From contig NC_068981.1 in the NCBI RefSeq assembly GCF_001194135.2, positions 105,058,091-105,100,756 of the forward strand: a DNA stretch of 42,666 nt, written 5' to 3'. Both the position numbers and the translations under genes were made by a program. Each line of letters begins with the position of its first letter. Positions within the stretch are counted from its first letter, which is position 1. Below the pieces are notes generated by a model. The model was not told the DNA's origin. It saw only the letters and a program-made list of their open reading frames with translations, and made no database searches. Positions 36,486-42,666 of the stretch are shown piece after piece. Origin of the DNA: Octopus bimaculoides. Its lineage: Eukaryota.

Positions 36486-37359
36486 TTATTTCGTCAGAAG
36501 TTACTGAGTGACAATGAACAAATTCGTGTTTAATAAGTGCCAATACACGAAACTCTCAGCTTTTGACTTACTCTCTAACTTCTGCCGATGATATATATAT
36601 ACATATTACATATATGTGTAAAAAAATCTCATCACGCAATCGAACCAATGAAAGAGCCTCTACCTGGTCACTCAAAACGCTAAAAATAGCAGCCAAAGTA
36701 TCTCCCTACCTAAATCACATGCCCATTGTATATAATGTCCTAGATTATCCCTAAAAAGACGGTTTGCTGAAGGCTGGAATGTCTTTGATGATACGTTTGC
36801 TGTATCAGGGTTTATCTGAGGCTAAATGACAACAACATTATGATCAATTTCTATATTAACACCCGCATGATTTTCACTAAGAAAAAAAAAATTGATTTTT
36901 TACGTGGAATCAAGTACCCTGACCTCCTAATATGCTGCAAATCCCTTATTTTAGTTCGGAAAAAATGAGGTGGGTTTCCTCCCACCAATCCCGGAATCAC
37001 TGGAAATGTTTTCGTTGAATGAATTCCTGTGACCTCCTAATATTGCAAAATTAGGTTACTTAAAGCGAGCCTGGTAACTGTTGGTTTTGGAGTCTTGTTG
37101 TTTGTAACTTTTGGTGAGCCATGGTGCAACCAATAACGTGGTAATATCCCTGCCATTTAATTTGTTGTGGGTGGGTAATATCAAATAATTCAATCACAAC
37201 ATATATTTAAATTAAACATGGAAAAATTGAAATATTATCATCACTGACATGGAAAAATTGAAATATTATCTTTCAGTATTTTATAAGGTAAAATCTTAAA
37301 TTATTAATTGACACATTATTAATTATCTTATAACAGCAATGCCTGGAAAATTCATGGAT

Positions 37360-37872
37360 TACATGGAAAAATGCGAGCATGAAAAGTAATATTCTTAAGA
37401 TTATAAACCTGGAAAAGTACAGGAGAAGTTATTACACCTGTAAAAGTATAGGACATGCTATTACTTCTAGTAAAGTAAAGAATAAGAAACTGTTTACTTA
37501 AAATATTGCAGCTAAAATTAAAATTTGAATATCAAAACTTATTTTATTATAGTTTCCAAATAACACTATACTTATTTAAGTAGAATTTGGCTAATTTACT
37601 ACCTTAAATACAGAAAAAAGTGACTAATTAGACAAACAAATTAGCTGAACAGTATTGTACAATAAATCTTTAAAATGAGAACTGTAAAGAGTAATAAATT
37701 TGAAGAACTGTCATTCTTTGCTGCAATATTTTAAGTAAAAAGTTTCTTATTCTTTACTTTACTAGAAGTAATAGCTTGTCCTGTAATTTTCCAGGTGTAA
37801 TAACTTGTCCTGTACTTTTCCAGGTTTATAATCTTAAGAATATGACTTTTCATGCTCGCATTTTTCCATGTA
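37360..37872. mobile_element. MITE with about 153-bp TIRs (37360-37512 / 37720-37872) containing internal subrepeats
   Basis: Arms match with only a few mismatches; CCTGGAAAAGTACAGGA-like unit twice per arm. Confidence 0.85.
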
Positions 37873-37989
37873 ATAACTGTATGCACAAATTATTTTCTGT
37901 TTCGAATCATTTTCATTACTTTACAGAAGCCTAATACTATAAGAACGGTGAATTGCATTCTTTGATTACGAATAGAGACCGACTGATTG

Positions 37990-38232
37990 GTATTGTGAAG
38001 ACGCGTGAGTTAGGATATTCAGCTCACATCATAAGGTCATGAGTTCGATTCCCGGCGGTGCCTTGTTTTCTTGAACAAGATATTTTATTTCATGCTGCTC
38101 CAGTACACTCAGCTTGCAAAAAATGAGTTGTACCTGTATTTCAAAGGCCCAGTGCTGTCACATTCTATGTCATGCTGAATCTCCCTGCGAACAACGTTAA
38201 GGGTACACGTGTCTATGGAGTGCCATTCACTG
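37990..38232 (+). mobile_element. SINE with tRNA head, a different body and the family 3 3' module
   Basis: GAGTTCGATTCCCGG B-box; GCTGAATCTCCCTG...GTTAAGGGTACACGT shared with 25229-25611. Confidence 0.75.
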
Positions 38233-38244
38233 CCCATATGGTAG

Positions 38245-39200
38245 CATATTCTCTTTCGAGACTTGTTGATTTTCAAGTGTTCTCATCAATCTTTTCTGGG
38301 TGCATCTGTTTGTGTACCCTGAGTGGTAATATACTTTCCTTGGCCCTAGTGTCTATTTTCACTTTTCTTTATTATTTTCTTTCATAGGTGTCTTTATAAT
38401 CTATGTTGGCAAGTATTTCCTTATTCTCGCTGTTATTGAGACTTTTGTCTTCTTATTTTCTGTAGTGTATAGATACAAGTCTTCTTCCTCTTAATCTGAA
38501 TCATATTCTACATTCATATTTTTTTAATCTAAATTTTGTTTTCTATGCCTGTACGGGCTGTTTCCAGGTCTTGTATGTGTTTTATTTTCTGGTCCTGTGC
38601 GGACTGGTATTACGGTTTTGGTATGTGATCGCTTTTGTAAGGCAAAATTTCTCGAAATAGTGTAGTCTATGGCATTTTCTGCATTCTCTGTTAAACGCAT
38701 AACACTCTCCTTTTCTTTTTCTCATATTTTTCTCATTGATTGGTATTTTTAGTTGTTACTGCATAACATGTTTCTGTTTTCTTTTCACTGACATCATTGT
38801 AGCGTGTATTGTACTTTATTTTAATTTTATGTCGTTATTCTTTTAATAGCTACCTCTAGCGTAAAATTTTGTTTATTTATGATGTTTCTTTTTTCATCTA
38901 TGCACTTTAATTCATTTATTATTTGTTCAAGGATTCTTTCGTCCTTGTTTATGCCGAACTTACATCTTTCAGCTTTTGTTTTTAATTCATTTCAACATTT
39001 GTCGATTGAGTCTTCATTTTGTTGCATTGACGAGAATTCTAATTGTTCAAACCATTTGTTTAGCTTCTGTATTGAATGGGCTTCCAAAATTCTAAATACA
39101 TTTGCCGAGGATTTTTTCTGTTCAGTAGTAATGTTTGCATTTTTTCATTACCTCACGGCTCTTTGATCCTGTGCTAAGCAAGATATAATTGTTCTTTTAG
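38245..39200 (-). pseudogene. Ty3/gypsy gag (with Zn knuckle) and aspartic protease remnant
   Basis: QQNEDSIDKC*NELKTKAERCKF...DERILEQII; ECRKCHRLHYFEKFC (decayed CCHC); KVKIDTRAKESILPLRV (DTG-like). Confidence 0.8.
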
Positions 39201-39476
39201 TTATATAATTGTTCTATTTTGTTAGTAATAAAGTAAGAATTCATGAAGTCGACGTATCTATTATATACCTCGTATTTGTTCTCATTCGACCAAGTTAGTG
39301 AAGGGATTATAGACGCCGCCATTTTTGTAGCGCGTCGTTCTAGTGAAACTCGCTTATATATTTCGAGAAAAAGAGAAAGAATTAATTATTTTCTTTACTG
39401 TGTTGTATTTCTTTGCGACTGGCATTCATTCACTTTTTTCCTTTTAGTTATAAGGAATGATTGGCGTATCATTGTA

Positions 39477-39488
39477 CCGCTGCCACCA
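39477..39488 (-). promoter_or_regulatory. Primer-binding site TGGTGGCAGCGG (complementary to the 3' end of tRNA-Leu)
   Basis: Directly abuts the LTR end ...TATGACA on minus; complement CCGCTGCCACCA matches the tRNA-Leu(AAG/UAG) 3' end as recalled. Confidence 0.75.
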
Positions 39489-39718
39489 TGTCATATTGTT
39501 TTCAATGATAAATGAAGCAGGCAGATTTTATACGTTTTGTTTTTATTTACATCTTAGAACTGAACTATTTATATATACAATCAAACGGACTTAATCCATA
39601 AACTACATATCAACGTTATATACTTCTAAACCCATGCCAGTCTATTTTCGAACAACCCCTATGATTAAAAGCGCTCCGTCCATGACCATCCTTGTTTTTT
39701 TTATGTATTTAAGTTACA
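39489..39718 (-). mobile_element. Probable 5' LTR of the gypsy element (about 230 bp, TGTAAC...ATGACA)
   Basis: TG...CA termini, internal AATAAA on minus, adjacent PBS; far boundary inferred from TGT only. Confidence 0.6.
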
Positions 39719-41487
39719 TTGCCCTATATGTCCTTTTTAAAGACAACGGTATAATATTTGAGTTGATTTTGCTGCTATTTCTAGCATAGCAAGCAATAAC
39801 ATAGAAGCGCCCACATTGGCTCGTTTGCTGCTGTGTCAAGAGCAACGATGTCTTTCAGTCGCAATCTACATTTCTACAAAAAAAGAAGCGGAATCTAGTG
39901 TAAAATATTTGTTGTGGCTAATGTGACTATTAGCCTAAGATTCAATATTTGTACTTTACTGAGATTACTGGTCGACCATTGAACTCTTCAAAGCTTAATC
40001 ACCTTAGAAAAATATCAGAGATCTGCCTATAAGCAGAAACGCAGTAACCAATAGAATATTATAAGAATATTATATGAATATTATAAGTATAAACATATCA
40101 AATCAGCTAAGAAATTATGTTAGCCCAAGTAAAATTCCTGTGTATTTGTTTAAATGAATCATTGATATTGAAAGATTTGATAGGCTAGTCATTATTGCTG
40201 GACTTTGATGTTGGGGTGATAAAGTATGCGAAGAGCCAGCTAATGTGATAAACCCTACCCAGGTATATCGCAGTAGCTGAAATATGTAAAGCAGCTACAA
40301 ACGAATTAATATATTGGTATTTCAGATCTAAAAAATAGTTTCTATGACAACGAATGGTGCGGATATGCATGCATATATACACATAAATACATACACACAT
40401 ACACATCACACAATGTTGCAATGTTTTCTAACTCGTCTACAAAGTTTTACCTCTCAATTGTGTTATTTCTATATTGATCAGTTACATCTAAAAGCTATCT
40501 GTTGCATCATTTCCAATTTAGGTTATCTACAGGTAACTGTTAGCATACTTAATGAAGTTCTTAATTTCTTCAAGTGATCTAAATTTAGCAAATCTTAAAG
40601 AAACTGTTCAGTAGATGACATAATGATGTTCGATAATTGTGCTTCAACTTTCTGAATGTCTATTTGTTTTATTGTGGACACCTGATTAGCTATTCTGAAA
40701 CACACAAAGATCTTTAACTTCACTTAAACATTTATTTAGAATATGTTGTCAAAATTTTCGTCGTTCGAAACTTGGTTACTGCCTAAAAGTGTGCTGCATC
40801 CAAAAGTGTTCGATTAAATCGCTATTTATATTGCTCGGAATGTCTCTTTTGCTGTTGTTTTTGTTGGCATAGGTTAGTCGTTCTGGTTGGGTACTCATAG
40901 CTGGTCAGGTATCAGTGATTTTTTAGTATGTAGCTGTTTTTCATCTATTCCTCTCTCTCTCTCTTCTTTTGGCACCTTTTTTATTTTGAATACAATGTGA
41001 GTCGGAAGACGACGAAAATGTACTGAATGACATAACATGGTATAATAGTTTATTTAGGATGATCCAGTAGCCTTTGCTTTGAAATTTCCCTGACAGTTGT
41101 TCAGGTCAGAAAAATAAGATTAGCTCAATAACTACGTGTTTGAGATACCTTCAGGCATGATTCAATCTTATTAAACTCTACCAACGAAGCAGAGACTTTG
41201 CCGTAATTCCCAAGTAGTCATGATAGAATTACTAAGTATTATTTGATATACAATATTAAATAAATAGACGTGAAAATAGCATGTTGTGTGTATGTGTGTG
41301 TGTATGTAAGTGCGTGCGTGCGTACATGAGTGCGTGTGTGTGGGGGAGGGGGTTTATTAGCTGTATAATAAAAAAAATAGTGTAAAAGTTAGCTACTGTA
41401 ACTTCGAAAACATCGCGTCCCAAATATACCATTTTAACAAATGTAATAAAACATCAGAGTGTAATTTCAGTCATGTTTGTAATAGTG

Positions 41488-41802
41488 ATTTCAAATTTTG
41501 GCACAAGGCCAGCAAGTGAGCAGGGGGTAAGTCGATTACATTGACCCCAATGCTCAACTGTTACTTATTTTATCGCTAAGTCACACACGCACAAACACAC
41601 TCACGCACACACACGCACACGCACACACATATATATATGTATATAAGATGAGCATTCTTCAGTTTCCACTTACTAAATCCACTCACAAGGCTTTAGTCGA
41701 CCCGGTGGCATTGTAGAGGACACTTGCCCAAGGTGCCACACGGCGGCACTGAACCGGGAACCATGTGGTTGGGAAGCAACCTCCTGACCACACAGCCACG
41801 CA
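41488..41802 (-). mobile_element. SINE chimera: family 2 head and core (41650-41802), (TG)n, joined to family 1 3' part (41488-41576)
   Basis: Junction TACTTATTTTATCG|CTAAGT lies at a motif shared by both families. Confidence 0.7.
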
Positions 41803-41914
41803 TATGTCATGCTGAAAGACGTTTATTGTATGCCACACACCGTATTGTTTTCGTGCAAAATAGAAAGAATATGTTAGCGATATGCAATTATCGTTTTCAA
41901 CACTTTTTATAAAC

Positions 41915-42170
41915 TGATCACGTGATCACGTGACCGACCAGGCTCTCAGATGTTGTCACATGTTGCTGGTCACAATGCGCTTTTTGCATTGTTTTAGCCT
42001 TCAAATGACGCCACCGCGCTGGCTAAGCGAGCAGGCCAACAATCCCCCTTGATCAAAGGGAGACTGGAGCAATGTGAAATAAAGTGTTTTGCTCAAGAAC
42101 ACAACGCACTGCCCAGTTAGCGAAACGAACCCACGGTCTAGCGATCGTGAGTGCAATAGACTAACCATGA
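41915..42170 (-). mobile_element. tRNA-head SINE with the same body type as 37990 and 23810 but another tail
   Basis: GGAGCAATGTGAAATAAAGTGTTTTGCTCAAGAACACAACGCAC...GAACCC. Confidence 0.7.
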
Positions 42171-42338
42171 CAAATATCAGATAATATTCGACAATCCAGA
42201 ATTTTTCCAAATAAAATGTATAAAGGCTTAATAAACGTTTAAGCGTATACTGAGTGCAGAACAAACTACTCAATGAATACCAAAAGAATATTGTGCAATT
42301 CAGAGATATATTTTGTTTTTGATATTTGATAGCATCAA

Positions 42339-42560
42339 GGCGGCGAGTTGGCAGAACCGTTTGCACGCCGGGCAAAATGCTTAGCAGCATTTAGTCAGTC
42401 CTTACGCTCTGAGTTCAAATTTCGCCGAGGTCGACTTTGCTTTTCATCCTTTCGAGGTCGATAAAATAAGTTCCAGTTAAACACTAGAGTCGATGTAATC
42501 GACTTACCCTTTCACTCCAAAAAAATGCTGGCCTTGTGCCAAAATTTGAAATCAATATTA
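42339..42560 (+). mobile_element. SINE family 1, full length and well preserved
   Basis: GGCGGCGAGTTGGCAGAACCG A-box, GAGTTCAAATTT B-box, GTCGACTTTGC..CATCCTTTCG core, tail GGCCTTGTGCCAAAATTTGAAA. Confidence 0.9.
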
Positions 42561-42666
42561 TTTTCTTAATTGATAAATATCTATTTCGAGACGATAAAAT
42601 ATGAACATCTATATATATAAAAATGAGAATGTGTGTCTGTCTGTCTGTCTGTGTGTGTGTGTGTTT

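Overview
AT-rich eukaryotic (animal) genomic DNA from a short-read scaffold, with seven N gaps and very dense TA/CA/TC/TATG/trinucleotide microsatellites. The repeat make-up (tRNA-derived SINE families, Penelope-like elements, Tx1/RTE/CR1 LINE debris) points to an octopus/coleoid cephalopod; this is inference, not a database result. There is no complete host gene, rRNA, real tRNA or CRISPR array, and nearly all ORF-track entries are microsatellite or gap artefacts. The only host-gene candidate is a possible signal-peptide-coding exon on the minus strand (527-607). The rest is a transposon graveyard: two Penelope-like GIY-YIG fragments (one with an uninterrupted frame the ORF track missed), Tx1, CR1-like, RTE, Ty3/gypsy (LTR, tRNA-Leu PBS, gag, protease), hAT and mariner remnants, three SINE families that share modules, and five foldback/MITE elements, one wrapped around a TTAGGG/TTTTAGGG array. 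The most interesting region is 2.57-5.16 kb. It holds a cluster of Penelope-type ends with three or four hammerhead-ribozyme-shaped motifs: a long-stem-II type I motif, two copies with the same non-canonical CUGUUGAA core, and a decayed remnant. In both Penelope fragments the inverted 5' copy breaks inside hammerhead stem II. All alignments and translations were done by eye, so element boundaries are approximate.
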